Shown piece after piece: positions 32,268-41,897 of a DNA stretch of 64,000 bases (position 1 is its first letter; the number at the start of each line of letters is the position of its first letter). The DNA is taken from contig CAVXVB010000002.1 of the NCBI GenBank assembly GCA_963765205.1, positions 198,038 through 262,037 of the forward strand, in the 5' to 3' direction. The notes under the pieces are model-generated. The model saw nothing but the letters and a program-made list of their open reading frames with translations. It was not told the DNA's origin and ran no database searches. The stretch is from an uncultured Verrucomicrobiae bacterium. GTDB lineage: Bacteria; Verrucomicrobiota; Verrucomicrobiia; Opitutales; JABDGR01. Made by a program: the position numbers and the translations under genes.

Positions 32268-33185
32268 TTATGGCTTGGGCGCGGCTTCCTTTTGTTTGTT
32301 GGCGCCGTCCTGGCCCAAGCCCATGGTCAGTGCGGTTAACCCCGCCAGCCCGCCCAGTTGCATGGATTCCACGGCGGTGCTGGGCACGATCACGATCGTG
32401 GCGTTTTCCTTCAAACCCTCATAAAGCATGTTCATGGCCCGCAAATGAAAGGCCACCGGATTGTGTTCGTAGCTTTTGGCGGCCTCGGCAAATTTCTCCG
32501 CCACCTGTCGTTCCGAATCGCCCAGAATCACCCGGGCCTGGCGCTCGCGTTCCGCCTGGGCCTGCATGGACATCGCATCCTCCAGGGCGGAGGGGATCAG
32601 GACATCCTTCACCTCGACGGAAATAACATTGATGCCCCATGGTTCGGTGCGCTCGTCAATTATCTTTTGCAGCAGGCTGCTGATTTTGTCGCGGCCCTCC
32701 AGCATGTCCGAAAGCATGGTCTTGCCGATCACATCGCGCAGGGCGGTTTGCGAAGCCCAACTAATCGCGCTTTGATAGTCAGCTACGTCCAGGGCCGCCT
32801 TCTTCGGGTCCACGACTTTCCAAAACAGCACGGCATCCACATCCACCGGCACGGTGTCTTTGGTCAGGGTTTTTTCCGCCTTGAAGCCGGTCGTGATGAC
32901 CCGGGTGTCTATCCAATAGGGGATGGCATCAATGATGGGATAAATAAAAAAAAGCCCCGGCCCCCGCAGGGATTGAAAGTGGCCGAGCCGTAAGATCACC
33001 GCCCGATCCCATTGATCCGCCACCTGAATGGCTGAGGAGACCGTGAGCGCGATCACAAAAGCGCCGATGCCAATCACGCCGGCGGCCAAGGTGGCCCCGG
33101 CGGAATAGCGGACATAGGCCAAGACGGCGCCCACGCCCAGAATCACAAAGAAAATCAACAGGGCGAACGAACGGTTTTGCTTCAT
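32268..33185 (-). CDS. SPFH/band 7 (slipin/stomatin-like) protein
   Basis: RLG..GPGLFF, LTKDTVPVDVDAV, QTALRDVIG, QAQAERERQAR. Confidence 0.92.
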   Translation of the reverse strand: MKQNRSFALLIFFVILGVGAVLAYVRYSAGATLAAGVIGIGAFVIALTVSSAIQVADQWDRAVILRLGHFQSLRGPGLFFIYPIIDAIPYWIDTRVITTGFKAEKTLTKDTVPVDVDAVLFWKVVDPKKAALDVADYQSAISWASQTALRDVIGKTMLSDMLEGRDKISSLLQKIIDERTEPWGINVISVEVKDVLIPSALEDAMSMQAQAERERQARVILGDSERQVAEKFAEAAKSYEHNPVAFHLRAMNMLYEGLKENATIVIVPSTAVESMQLGGLAGLTALTMGLGQDGANKQKEAAPKP

Positions 33186-33289
33186 GGAAATGATCTCCGG
33201 GTTTTGTGTCCGACAGGAGCAGTTGGCTGCGCGATCCGGCTCGGGTAACGCGACTGTTTAGGGCCGCGGCCAAGCCCATCCGGCAGGCC

Positions 33290-33838
33290 TCAAGCGGCCC
33301 GCTTGAAGGGTTTGGTTTTCTTGCCGGCGGAGCAGGCATCGTCCTCGGCTCCGGCGTTGAGCGCCTCCAGATTGCAGGAGGAGCGCGCCAACTCGATCAG
33401 CGCCTCATTCGCGGCTTTTTCCTCGCCGAGAATCTCCTTCAGCAGCGCCGCCGCCGGTTTGTTCCCGAGCAGCGCCGCCCACTCGCGCAGGCAGCCGTAC
33501 GACGCGATCTCGTAGTGCTCGATCTTTTGCGCTACGGAGATTAGCGCCGCATTGAGGACGGGTGAACCTTTGTTTTCGGTGGCGACCTCGGCGCCTTCGG
33601 CCAGAATCCCCACCGTCGCCTCGCATTTGTTCAGGCTGGGCTTTTCGCCGAATAATTTAAACACCTTTTCCAGCTTCCCGACCTGGCGTTCAGTCTCCAT
33701 CAAATGGGCTTCAATCAAGCTCCGCAAGCGGGCGCAGGTGGCGGCTTTGATCATTTTGGACATCGTGATAACGAGCCGTTTTTCGGAATCGTAGCGATCC
33801 GCCAGTTCGTCGAGGAATAGATTTTTCAGGGTTCTCAT
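33290..33838 (-). CDS. Ferritin-like DUF892/YciF stress protein
   Basis: LFLDELAD.YDSEK, HLMETERQ, AQKIEHYEIASYG, LGEEKAANE. Confidence 0.9.
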   Translation of the reverse strand: MRTLKNLFLDELADRYDSEKRLVITMSKMIKAATCARLRSLIEAHLMETERQVGKLEKVFKLFGEKPSLNKCEATVGILAEGAEVATENKGSPVLNAALISVAQKIEHYEIASYGCLREWAALLGNKPAAALLKEILGEEKAANEALIELARSSCNLEALNAGAEDDACSAGKKTKPFKRAA

Positions 33839-33879
33839 GAGAATATTGTTTTGGGTTGCTAAATGCGGGTTGGCGGAGC

Positions 33880-34083
33880 TTACGGAGCGCAGCAGGCGGA
33901 AGCTTCCTTCACGGCTTTTTGCACCGCCTCGAGCGTTTTGCCAGTGCGCTTTTGGATCCGGCCATAAAGTTCGTCGTGCTTGCCCTCGAAGTATTCGAGA
34001 TCGTTGTCCGTCAATTTGGACCATTTTTCTTTCAGCTTGCCCTTGGCGATGTTCCAGTTGCCTTTAATTACGAGTGTGTTCAT
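33880..34083 (-). CDS. CsbD family stress protein
   Basis: KGNWNIAKGKLKEKWSKLTDNDL..GRIQKRTG. Confidence 0.92.
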   Translation of the reverse strand: MNTLVIKGNWNIAKGKLKEKWSKLTDNDLEYFEGKHDELYGRIQKRTGKTLEAVQKAVKEASACCAP

Positions 34084-34324
34084 GGTGAAGTTGGGGTTGA
34101 TGATTGATTAATTGCCTGGCGGAAATGGTAAAAACGTTCCCGAGTTTCCATTTTTTCGCATGGACGGAAGGTTACGACAGGGCCGGGTTTTCCGCCATAA
34201 GGTGTTACCCTACCGCGGCGGTCGCTGGCGGCCCCGGCTTTGCTCCCGCAGCTTGCCCGATCGCGGGTGCCGCTGTCGCCTTCGTGCCAGCCCGCTGCCG
34301 CCCAGTCCAGGGGAAGAATGCGCG

Positions 34325-35752
34325 TCAGATACTGCCGTGCCGGCTCACCGTGTTGCCGTCGTCGTTTTTCAATTCGCGAAAGACCAGCGCGGACAAAATG
34401 GTCAGCGCGCCTAATACCAGAAAGGCCCGGTGGATGCCGTGAATCATTTCCGCGGGGCTGGCGTGAAAACGGTCGGGAATGAAAAACGCGGTGGCCAGCG
34501 ATGCCGACGCGACACCGAAGCTGACCGCCATCAGTTGCATCGTGCTGGCGATGGTGCTGGCCTTGCTCGTTTCCTCCTCGGTGACATCCGCATACACGAG
34601 CGTGTTCATGCTCGTGTATTGCAAGGAGGTGAAGAAGCCGAAGCAAAACACCTCGAGGACGATGAGCCAGATTGGCGAGCTTGCCCCAATCGTGCCGAAG
34701 AGCATGATGAGCAGGCCGAGCATCACGGTATTGGAAATTAACACATTGCGGTAGCCGAAGCGCCGCAGAATGCCCGGCATGGTCAGCTTCAAGCTCATGG
34801 CGGCGATGGCCTGGGGCATCATCATGAGGCCGGATTGAATCGGCGTGAAGCCCAGGCCGACTTGATAAAGCAGCGGAAAGAGAAACGGAATGCCGCCGAT
34901 GCCGATGCGCGTGATATAGCTGCCGCTGACCGCCGCGCGGAACGTGCGATAGCGAAACAGGGTCAGGCGCAACAGGGGATGCGTGGTTTGGGTCGTGTGC
35001 AGGCCGTAACCGGCGAGCAGCGAAAAAGAAATCGCCAGCAGGCCCAGTATCTCCAGCCCGCTCAGCGTATGTTCGCCGAAGACCTCGAGCACATAGGAAA
35101 GCAGCGCCACGCCGGAGCCAAACAGAATCAGCCCTACAATATCCAGGGGATGCGTGATTTCCTCGCGGTAGTCCGGCAGATGCCGGTAAATCAGATACAG
35201 GCCGAGCAAGCCAATGGAAATGTTGACAAAAAAGATGACGCTCCAATGAAAGTAGGCGACGATCAGGCCGCCCGCAATTGGGCCAAGCATCGGGCCGATC
35301 AAGCCGGGGATGGCCACGAAACTCATCGCGCGGATGAGTTCTGATTTCGCAAACGTCCGCACCATGGTGAGCCGGCCCACCGGCAGCATTAGCGCGCCGC
35401 CGCAACCCTGCAAAATCCGGCACGCCACCAGCACATGGATGTTGCGCGAGATGCCGCACAGAAATGACCCCAGCGTGAAAATCGCAATTGCGGACGAGAA
35501 GGTCCGGCGCGTGCCAAACCGGTCCGCCACCCAGCCACTGATGGGAATGAAAACCGCCAGGCTCAAGGTGTAACTCGCCAGCACCGCCTTCATGCTCAGC
35601 GGGGCCACGTGCAGGGCCTGCGCAATCGTCGGCACGCCCGTGTTCAGAATCGTCGTGTCCAGCGACTCCATGAAAAACGCGACCGCAACCAGCCACGGCA
35701 CCAGCCGCTTGCCGGAGCTGCTTAAGGGAAAGGTGGGTGGGGAGGCCGCCAT
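34325..35752 (-). CDS. DHA2/EmrB-type MFS efflux transporter
   Basis: FFMESLDTTILNT, GWVADRFGTRR, RILQGCGGA, GPMLGP..GG; many TM helices. Confidence 0.92.
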   Translation of the reverse strand: MAASPPTFPLSSSGKRLVPWLVAVAFFMESLDTTILNTGVPTIAQALHVAPLSMKAVLASYTLSLAVFIPISGWVADRFGTRRTFSSAIAIFTLGSFLCGISRNIHVLVACRILQGCGGALMLPVGRLTMVRTFAKSELIRAMSFVAIPGLIGPMLGPIAGGLIVAYFHWSVIFFVNISIGLLGLYLIYRHLPDYREEITHPLDIVGLILFGSGVALLSYVLEVFGEHTLSGLEILGLLAISFSLLAGYGLHTTQTTHPLLRLTLFRYRTFRAAVSGSYITRIGIGGIPFLFPLLYQVGLGFTPIQSGLMMMPQAIAAMSLKLTMPGILRRFGYRNVLISNTVMLGLLIMLFGTIGASSPIWLIVLEVFCFGFFTSLQYTSMNTLVYADVTEEETSKASTIASTMQLMAVSFGVASASLATAFFIPDRFHASPAEMIHGIHRAFLVLGALTILSALVFRELKNDDGNTVSRHGSI

Positions 35753-35760
35753 GGAAGGAC

Positions 35761-36063
35761 TCACTGTTTGAGCTGGCGCTGAATGGTTCGCGGATGCCTG
35801 GCCAGATTAAAAACCGCCGCCACGACCACGAAGTCGCCTTCCAGCACATAGAACGCCCCATAAGGAAATTTACGCATCAAAATACGCCGGTAATCCAAAA
35901 ACACGATTGCTCCTGAGCGAGGTTGGCGTTCGATTTGCATGCAAACCACCTCAAAGGCGCGCAAAAATTCGGCGCCCAAGCCAGTGGCGCGCGCCGCATA
36001 CCAATGATAGGCCTCGGCCAATTGGGTCTTCGCCAGCCGCCGGACGATGGACGGCGGCTTCAT
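35761..36063 (-). CDS. RelE/ParE family toxin
   Basis: AYHWY..GLGAEF..RRILMRKFPY..Y..VAAVF..RHP. Confidence 0.85.
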   Translation of the reverse strand: MKPPSIVRRLAKTQLAEAYHWYAARATGLGAEFLRAFEVVCMQIERQPRSGAIVFLDYRRILMRKFPYGAFYVLEGDFVVVAAVFNLARHPRTIQRQLKQ

Positions 36064-36281
36064 GAACCGCGCAGAATGCGTGTTTTAACGGTTGGCCAAT
36101 CGGAACCCGCGGCCGGGTCTTGGCGAATGGCCTTTCGCTCGGTCCGCAAGAGTTTCCGCTGGGCGGGTGTGAGCGGGAACTCGGCCCCCGTCGCGGCCAA
36201 TTCGTCCCACAAATCCTCCACGAGCTGCAACTTTTCGGCGGCAGACATTTCCGCCACTCCGGCTGGAAGAACGGTAAGCAT
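36060..36281 (-). CDS. Addiction-module antitoxin (TIGR02574-like)
   Basis: MSAAEKLQLVEDLWDEL..LTPAQ..W..VK; overlaps the toxin start. Confidence 0.85.
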   Translation of the reverse strand: MLTVLPAGVAEMSAAEKLQLVEDLWDELAATGAEFPLTPAQRKLLRTERKAIRQDPAAGSDWPTVKTRILRGS

Positions 36282-36397
36282 ACTTTTAGGTTAACGAAAC
36301 AAGCGGCGGAATCAAGTATCCAAGCAAATTTTGGGAATTACTTACAATGTTACCCTTGGCCGTTGGAGGCATTGCGTTCGCGGTCTGCATAAATGGC

Positions 36398-36574
36398 CTA
36401 TGGTTTGCGGGGTTGGGGTGCAGCGGGCTTCGGCTGCGCGAGATTCGTTGCCGGGGCTTGGCTCGCCAGTCGGATGGCCGCTGGTTTCCCGCCACCGCTG
36501 CCCAAGGCAACGGAGGTCAGGATGTTTTGGAAGCTGCCCTTGACGGGCGGGATGATTTTTTGTGGGCGACTCAT
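36398..36574 (-). CDS. 58-aa ORF coupled to the transposase (MSRPQKIIPPVKGSFQNILTSVALG...)
   Basis: ATGA overlap with the transposase stop; ends TAG at 36398; below the ORF-track length cutoff. Confidence 0.5.
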   Translation of the reverse strand: MSRPQKIIPPVKGSFQNILTSVALGSGGGKPAAIRLASQAPATNLAQPKPAAPQPRKP

Positions 36575-37494
36575 GCAGGATTTTGGGTGAGGGTTTTATA
36601 AGGCAACTTTGTGCTTTCCGCAATCCCCGTTACCACGTCGGCAAAAACGCTCTGCATTTTCTCGGCGCGGCGGTTGAACCGGAAGGTGAATTCATCAACG
36701 TAACGCTGTAGGTGCTTGCGACTCATCTTGTGATATACGCCATGATAACCGCGTTTGAACAAGGCCCAGAAGGACTCAATGCCGTTCGTATGCACGTTGC
36801 CCCGGACATATTCGCCGTCGCTATGGTTCACAACGGTATGCCGCACGCCCTTGATGCCCTGATAGGCGCGGTGTTGGTCAGTGTAGAGAGACGCGCCCTT
36901 GGCGACGGTTTCCGTCACCGCGTTTTGCAAGCGGTAGCTGTCCGCGCAAGGAATCACGCTGGCCCGGACTTCCCCATCCCGCGCCTTCGCCCCAAAGATG
37001 ATGGCCTTGCCAACGCCGCCCCGGCCCGCGTGACTGCGCTTGCTGGCGTGCTTGTTTTTCTCCTTGCCGCCGATGTAGGTCTCATCCGCCTCAATGCGCC
37101 CGAAAAGTTGCCCCTTGTTCTGGTTGTGGGCCTTGCGGATGCGATGGGCCATGAACCACGCGGTCTTTTGCGTGACCCCGACGTGCTTGGCGAGTTGCAC
37201 CGAGGAAATGCCCTTGCTGGTTGTGGAGAGCAGATAGACCGCCATAAACCACTTGCGGAGCGGCAGCTTGCTCTCGCCAAAGACGGTGCTGGTGCGGATG
37301 GTGAAGTCCTGCTTGCACCCGGCGCAACGGTAACGCTTGCCGTTGGCAAACAGGTGAATCTTGCCGTGTCCGCAATGGGGGCAGTATTCGCCGTGGGCAA
37401 ACCGGGTGGCGGTGAAGTGGGCGACGCAGGTGGCCTCATCCCGGAAATAATCCGTGAAGTCGGTCAGCGTTTTGAACTCGAATAGGTTATTCAT
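36571..37494 (-). CDS. IS1595 transposase (Zn ribbon, HTH, DDE)
   Basis: CPHCG..CAGC, KGISSVQL, EADETYIGG, YTD, VNH, HTNGIESFW, YVDEF.FRFN. Confidence 0.95.
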   Translation of the reverse strand: MNNLFEFKTLTDFTDYFRDEATCVAHFTATRFAHGEYCPHCGHGKIHLFANGKRYRCAGCKQDFTIRTSTVFGESKLPLRKWFMAVYLLSTTSKGISSVQLAKHVGVTQKTAWFMAHRIRKAHNQNKGQLFGRIEADETYIGGKEKNKHASKRSHAGRGGVGKAIIFGAKARDGEVRASVIPCADSYRLQNAVTETVAKGASLYTDQHRAYQGIKGVRHTVVNHSDGEYVRGNVHTNGIESFWALFKRGYHGVYHKMSRKHLQRYVDEFTFRFNRRAEKMQSVFADVVTGIAESTKLPYKTLTQNPA

Positions 37495-37604
37495 TCTGGT
37501 AGTAGATTACCCCAACTTCTTAGGGTTGTCAAGTGGCAGATTGAAGGTTTTTTGAACTATTTTTGAGGGTTGCCATGAGGGGTAAATGAGTGCCAGATTG
37601 GCGC

Positions 37605-38642
37605 ATGAAGAGAACCATTGTTGTTTTAGGGGTCTTGTTGGCGTTTGGGCAGCTTTATGGGCAGGGCGGTTCCGCTGGCGCAACAGCAGCATCAGAACCC
37701 GTGAAACCCAAAGTAGAGGATGCCAATCCCAGCCAACAGCCATCCCAAAAAGAACAAAGTCCGCCGGGTAGCCCTATTACTTACAATATCAATGGTGGCA
37801 CTTTTACAAACCAACAGGGTTCCCAGCCCATACAAGAACAGGGCGGCAACGAAGTCGGCAACGGGATAAGCACGATTACGAACATTTGCTTGGCCGCTTT
37901 CACCCTCGGACTCGTTTGGTTCGCATATAAACAAACGGGTATTGCGGTAGAGCAGGCCAAGATTTCCATAAAGCAGGGGCAAATTCTCAAAGAGCAAGCC
38001 GATGCAGCTATTTTGCAAGCGCAAATCGCTAAAGACCAACTCGAAATGCTGCATCAGACCAAGGACGTTGCCATGATTACGGGGGCTTGGAGTAGAAAGA
38101 ATACAGAACTGCAATCGAGGGCATACATAACGGTTCAGCTTTCTGCCGTTGAGCCGCTGCCATTTTACATCCAAGTTCTTGAGGGCGGAATTTTTAATTT
38201 CAACTTGAAGGTAAAAAATTCCGGGCAAACGCCCGCCTCTGAAATCAGATATAGCGGGGGTGCTCTTAAGGTATTTGATTTCCCGTTGCCGGATGGATGG
38301 AACGAAATTATGCCCATCAACCATGACATTCCTGGTAGTTATGCCGTTATGGGAGCCGGGGATTTCCTTGAATGGCATGTAGGCAACGGAAGTTTTATTC
38401 CAGAAATCGGCATAGGGCGCGTTGGTATTCAAGACCCAACCGGGCAGAATAAGCGAAAAGAACTTTTTGCCTTTGGGAGGATTGAATATCGGGATATTTT
38501 CGGCCAGAAAAGGTTTACCAATTTTTGCTATGTTTTGTTGCCTCGTGCAGGAGATGGCGCACTCACCCCTCGCGTTGCCAATAAGGGCAACGAAACCGAT
38601 GCTGAGGAGGAATACCGTAGAAGTGCCAAAGCGTCGGGATAA
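37605..38642 (+). CDS. Passenger hypothetical protein (signal, TM helix, coiled coil, beta-rich domain)
   Basis: Inside the IS IRs, visibly AT-richer than host genes; MKRTIVVLGVLL signal, TM ITNICLAAFTLGLVWFAY, heptad run, RAYI..KNSGQTPA. Confidence 0.75.
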   Translation: MKRTIVVLGVLLAFGQLYGQGGSAGATAASEPVKPKVEDANPSQQPSQKEQSPPGSPITYNINGGTFTNQQGSQPIQEQGGNEVGNGISTITNICLAAFTLGLVWFAYKQTGIAVEQAKISIKQGQILKEQADAAILQAQIAKDQLEMLHQTKDVAMITGAWSRKNTELQSRAYITVQLSAVEPLPFYIQVLEGGIFNFNLKVKNSGQTPASEIRYSGGALKVFDFPLPDGWNEIMPINHDIPGSYAVMGAGDFLEWHVGNGSFIPEIGIGRVGIQDPTGQNKRKELFAFGRIEYRDIFGQKRFTNFCYVLLPRAGDGALTPRVANKGNETDAEEEYRRSAKASG

Positions 38643-38753
38643 CCACTGACGGCATCTTAGCCCTTCTGAGGGTTTCTGAGGGTAACTTTGTATATAAGTC
38701 CCCAAATTTTTTTGATTCCCTTGGGGATGGCGAATGTGGCAGACTCCAAGCCT

Positions 38754-39545
38754 ATGCGTTACCCCGCCTGTTTGCTAATACCCTTTGCGCTGTTGGCCAC
38801 GAATGTCCGCGCGGCTTCCTACGGTGCGCCAGCCAAGCTCGACGCTTCGGCGGCCGCTGCTCCAGCTCCCGCTGTGGCCTCCGCCTCGACCCCGGTGCCT
38901 GCAACGAGCGCCGCGCCCGCCCCAGCAGCGACGGCGGCCAGCGACAAACCTGTGCCGGTCACCGCGCCGTTGGACTTGTTCAACGGCAAAGACCTCACCG
39001 GCTGGAGTTACGTGGCCAGTGGCAAACCCGCGGATGTTAACCGGGTCTGCTCCGTCAAGGACGGCGTGCTGGTTTGCACTGGCAGCCCGCAGGGTTATTT
39101 GCTGTTGAACGACGTGCGCGCCGATTATGTATTGCACTTCGAGTGGCGCTGGACCACTTCCAACCCCAAAAACAACAGCGGCGGCCTGATGAATATCACC
39201 GACGGGCCGTTGCAGCAGGGAATCTGGCCCGTTTGTTTCCAAGCGCAGACCAAGACCACCTTTGCCGGCGACATCATTTCGATGTCCTCCGCCGCCTGCG
39301 CAGAAGCGCCCGCGGGCAAGACCGCCAACAAGCAAAAAGACCCAAGCGAAAAGGCCATCGGCGAATGGAACGCCGCCGACGTGGTCGTGCATGGCGACAC
39401 CATTGAATACACCGTCAACGGCGTCCTGCAAAACAAGGTGACCAAGTGCGTGCCCAGTTTCGGCAAAATCGGCTTTCAACTCGAAGGCTATCCCTACGAA
39501 ATGCGCAACATCAAATTGTCACCCTTGCCTGCGGCTGCGCCGTGA
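38754..39545 (+). CDS. DUF1080 (3-keto-disaccharide hydrolase-like) secreted protein
   Basis: LFNGKDLTGW, LHFEWRW, NSG, GEWN, VNG, GKIGFQLEG, RNIKL. Confidence 0.92.
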   Translation: MRYPACLLIPFALLATNVRAASYGAPAKLDASAAAAPAPAVASASTPVPATSAAPAPAATAASDKPVPVTAPLDLFNGKDLTGWSYVASGKPADVNRVCSVKDGVLVCTGSPQGYLLLNDVRADYVLHFEWRWTTSNPKNNSGGLMNITDGPLQQGIWPVCFQAQTKTTFAGDIISMSSAACAEAPAGKTANKQKDPSEKAIGEWNAADVVVHGDTIEYTVNGVLQNKVTKCVPSFGKIGFQLEGYPYEMRNIKLSPLPAAAP

Positions 39546-39671
39546 TGGCAGGGTTAAGCGCATTCCGATGGTAGGCGCAGGCGCCGTTTGGATGGTCGCC
39601 AGCCCGCTGACGGAAGCGGCGTCTGGTGCGTTGGCAAATTTTACGCGTCCGCCCTATGCCGAAGCTGTCCC

Positions 39672-39800
39672 AACGCTCAACTTTTAACGTTTAACGCTCA
39701 ACGCTCAAGTTTAACGGCAACAAGGATTTTCGACCCATTATCCCACTGGACGGGTTTTCTTAATTGAGCGTTAAACGTTAAGTGTTAAACGTTGAGCGTT
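39672..39800. repeat. Inverted pair of 5-unit heptamer arrays (AACGCTC/AACGTTT type) around a short loop
   Basis: Left AACGCTC AACTTTT AACGTTT AACGCTC AACGCTC (39672-39706); right GAGCGTT AAACGTT AAGTGTT AAACGTT GAGCGTT (39766-39800). Confidence 0.9.
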
Positions 39801-39875
39801 TGCTGCATCCACCCAAACCGAAGATGCCCTCTTGGCGAAGCCTGGCTTCCTGGGGTATTTGATGTTCTGCAATAA

Positions 39876-40292
39876 TCAGCTGCACCCCGCCGCGACCGCC
39901 AGCAGCACCCACCCGGCGATGAGGGCCAAGCCCCCCAGCGGCGTCACCGGCCCCAGCCAGGCCGGCCCGCCCAAGGCCAAAAGGTAGAGCGAGCCGGAAA
40001 ACAGGACCATTCCGGCCACCCAACAGCCGGCCGCCCACTGCGCCGGCTTCACCCCCCCGGTCTTGCCGGATGCCGCCCGCGCCTCGACCCAAGCCGCCAG
40101 GGCCAGGAGGGCCACGGCATGGATCAAGTGGTATTTCACCGCCGTGTCCCAAGCCTCGGTCCGGCCCCGCTGCGCCAAATCCCCCGCTAAGGCATGCGCC
40201 CCCAACGCCCCTAAAACCACTCCCAAGGCCCCCAAAATACCGGCCCAAAAGGTGATTTTTTTGTAAAGTGGCAGTTTCTTATTGTCAGTCAT
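39876..40292 (-). CDS. DUF423 (YgdD/TMEM256) membrane protein
   Basis: LGALGAH, YHLIHA, LFSGSLY, GPVTPLGG..GW. Confidence 0.92.
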   Translation of the reverse strand: MTDNKKLPLYKKITFWAGILGALGVVLGALGAHALAGDLAQRGRTEAWDTAVKYHLIHAVALLALAAWVEARAASGKTGGVKPAQWAAGCWVAGMVLFSGSLYLLALGGPAWLGPVTPLGGLALIAGWVLLAVAAGCS

Positions 40293-40627
40293 GGTGTTGC
40301 GAAATTAATGTCCTCTTTTTCGGTAAATGAGGTGTTAGCCAAAAAAGCGGGCCGAATCGAGCAAAAACGTTGATTCTCTGTCCGATATTTATACATTAAG
40401 GTATTACACATGAAATATTTACATAATTTACAAATAATTTAATCAACGTGCATGAAACCTGCTAGAGTTGAATGCTTGGCTGGGAAACGCAATTGTGACA
40501 AAAATGGCAATATGGAAAACAGCTTGCTTTTTTTCCGCATAATCTCATTCTCCGGCCTTAGTGTTCCTTCCACCCGGCTGGGCCGGAGGGAGTGCTTCCT
40601 AAAACCACAACAACCAACTGAATCCAA

Positions 40628-41566
40628 ATGAATAAATCCATCCTTATCGCCGCTCTCTCGTTGTCGCTGCTTCCCAGCGTCCACGCGCAGACGGCCCCCG
40701 CTGCGGCGGCTCCCGCCGCTCCTGCCGCTCCGGCCGGCGACTTGAGCAACCTCTCGGTCAATGGCACCATGGACATGGAGTCCCAGTATATATTCCGCGG
40801 TAAAAAGGTCACGAATGCGGCCTTCCAGCCGAGCGTGAACTTGAACTGGGGCAACCTCGGTGGTGGCACCGCCACGGCTTATGCCTGGACCAGCCAGCCT
40901 CTGTCTGCCCGCTCTGCGGGCGGTCCGGAACAGAACAACGAAATTGACCTGGGCCTGAAGTATGACAACACCATACCCAGCTTCAGCGCTCTCGGTTATG
41001 AAGTTGGCTTCCAAATGTATTGGTATCAGGACGTTCAAAACGGCCCGGTTTCCCCGGATCGTTCGTATGAGTTCCATGTGGCGGTGAATTATGACACGAC
41101 CGACGTGACGAAAAGCCTGGGTTGGGGCAACGGATACAACCTCCAGCCGAGCCTGACGTATTTCCATGACGTCATCCTCGACTCGAACACGTTCCAGTTG
41201 CAGGTCGCTTCCTATACGTTCGATCTGTCCGACTCCGTCGGCCTGAAAGGCGTATCGTTAACCCCGACCCTCACCTTGGGCACGACCAGCGTTGGGCGCG
41301 TCTTGGGCGACCAGTCCCCCTTCGTTGGCGGACCGGGCCAGTCAAACTACAGTGACGGCTGGAACTATTGGGAACTCGACCTCGAGTTGGACTATAAGCC
41401 GAATAATTCCGGCACCACGACGTTCTTCGTTGGCCTCCACTATGCGGGCAACGACGATGGCACGAGCGGTGGCGTTGGCGGCCCGGCTTCCCCCTTCTGG
41501 GATCCGGATGCCCCCGGTGGTGCGAACAACCTCTGGTTCGGCCTCGGCATCAAGTTCAACCAGTAA
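40628..41566 (+). CDS. Putative outer-membrane porin (TorF/TIGR02001-like)
   Basis: Signal peptide, SQYIFRG, NEIDL.L.Y, beta-strand pattern, aromatic residue near the C-terminus. Confidence 0.72.
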   Translation: MNKSILIAALSLSLLPSVHAQTAPAAAAPAAPAAPAGDLSNLSVNGTMDMESQYIFRGKKVTNAAFQPSVNLNWGNLGGGTATAYAWTSQPLSARSAGGPEQNNEIDLGLKYDNTIPSFSALGYEVGFQMYWYQDVQNGPVSPDRSYEFHVAVNYDTTDVTKSLGWGNGYNLQPSLTYFHDVILDSNTFQLQVASYTFDLSDSVGLKGVSLTPTLTLGTTSVGRVLGDQSPFVGGPGQSNYSDGWNYWELDLELDYKPNNSGTTTFFVGLHYAGNDDGTSGGVGGPASPFWDPDAPGGANNLWFGLGIKFNQ

Positions 41567-41624
41567 TCTGATTCGGCATCCCTTGTCGCACGGCCTTTGG
41601 CTGGACGGCTTGAGGATCGCCTGC

Positions 41625-41669
41625 AAGAGCCTGTTGTCCCGCCTCGCGGGGCAACAGGCTCTTTTGTTT
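41625..41669 (+). terminator. Intrinsic terminator
   Basis: AAGAGCCTGTTG...CAACAGGCTCTT followed by TTGTTT. Confidence 0.85.
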
Positions 41670-41897
41670 ACTCCGGGAGAACTTCATCGGGGTCGAGATT
41701 TTCACAACTCCCTGGCCTTTTGGCGGTTTACCCTTGAACGCCGGGGTGGGTTGGCCGGTTCCCGCGGATGCAACAATTTGGAAAAATTTCTTGCTTCCCC
41801 ACGGGATTAGGCTGATTAACTCTGGCAGAGCGCTTCTTTTCGCCATTTTCGGCGGGCGGAGGCAGGACCAGGAACCCCTCCAAACCTGAACTTAACC

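Larger units (their letters stand above)
36333..38702. mobile_element. IS1595-family element with passenger genes (2370 bp)
   Basis: 23-bp imperfect IRs GGGAATTACTTACAATGTTACCC (36333-55) and GGGTAACTTTGTATATAAGTCCC (38680-702); 8-bp direct repeat CAAATTTT at 36325-32 and 38703-10. Confidence 0.95.

Noticed and set aside
37692..38705. 337-aa antisense ORF over the IS passenger gene
   Set aside because: Crosses the IS boundary and has no recognisable motifs; the + strand ORF has a coherent signal/TM/coiled-coil layout.
39570..39660. Second GTAG-type REP-like palindrome
   Set aside because: Too degenerate, no matching copy and no RAYT gene in the window.
40395..40460. ARG boxes in the AT-rich region
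   Set aside because: Poor match to TGAAT-N4-ATTCA, and no argR in the window.
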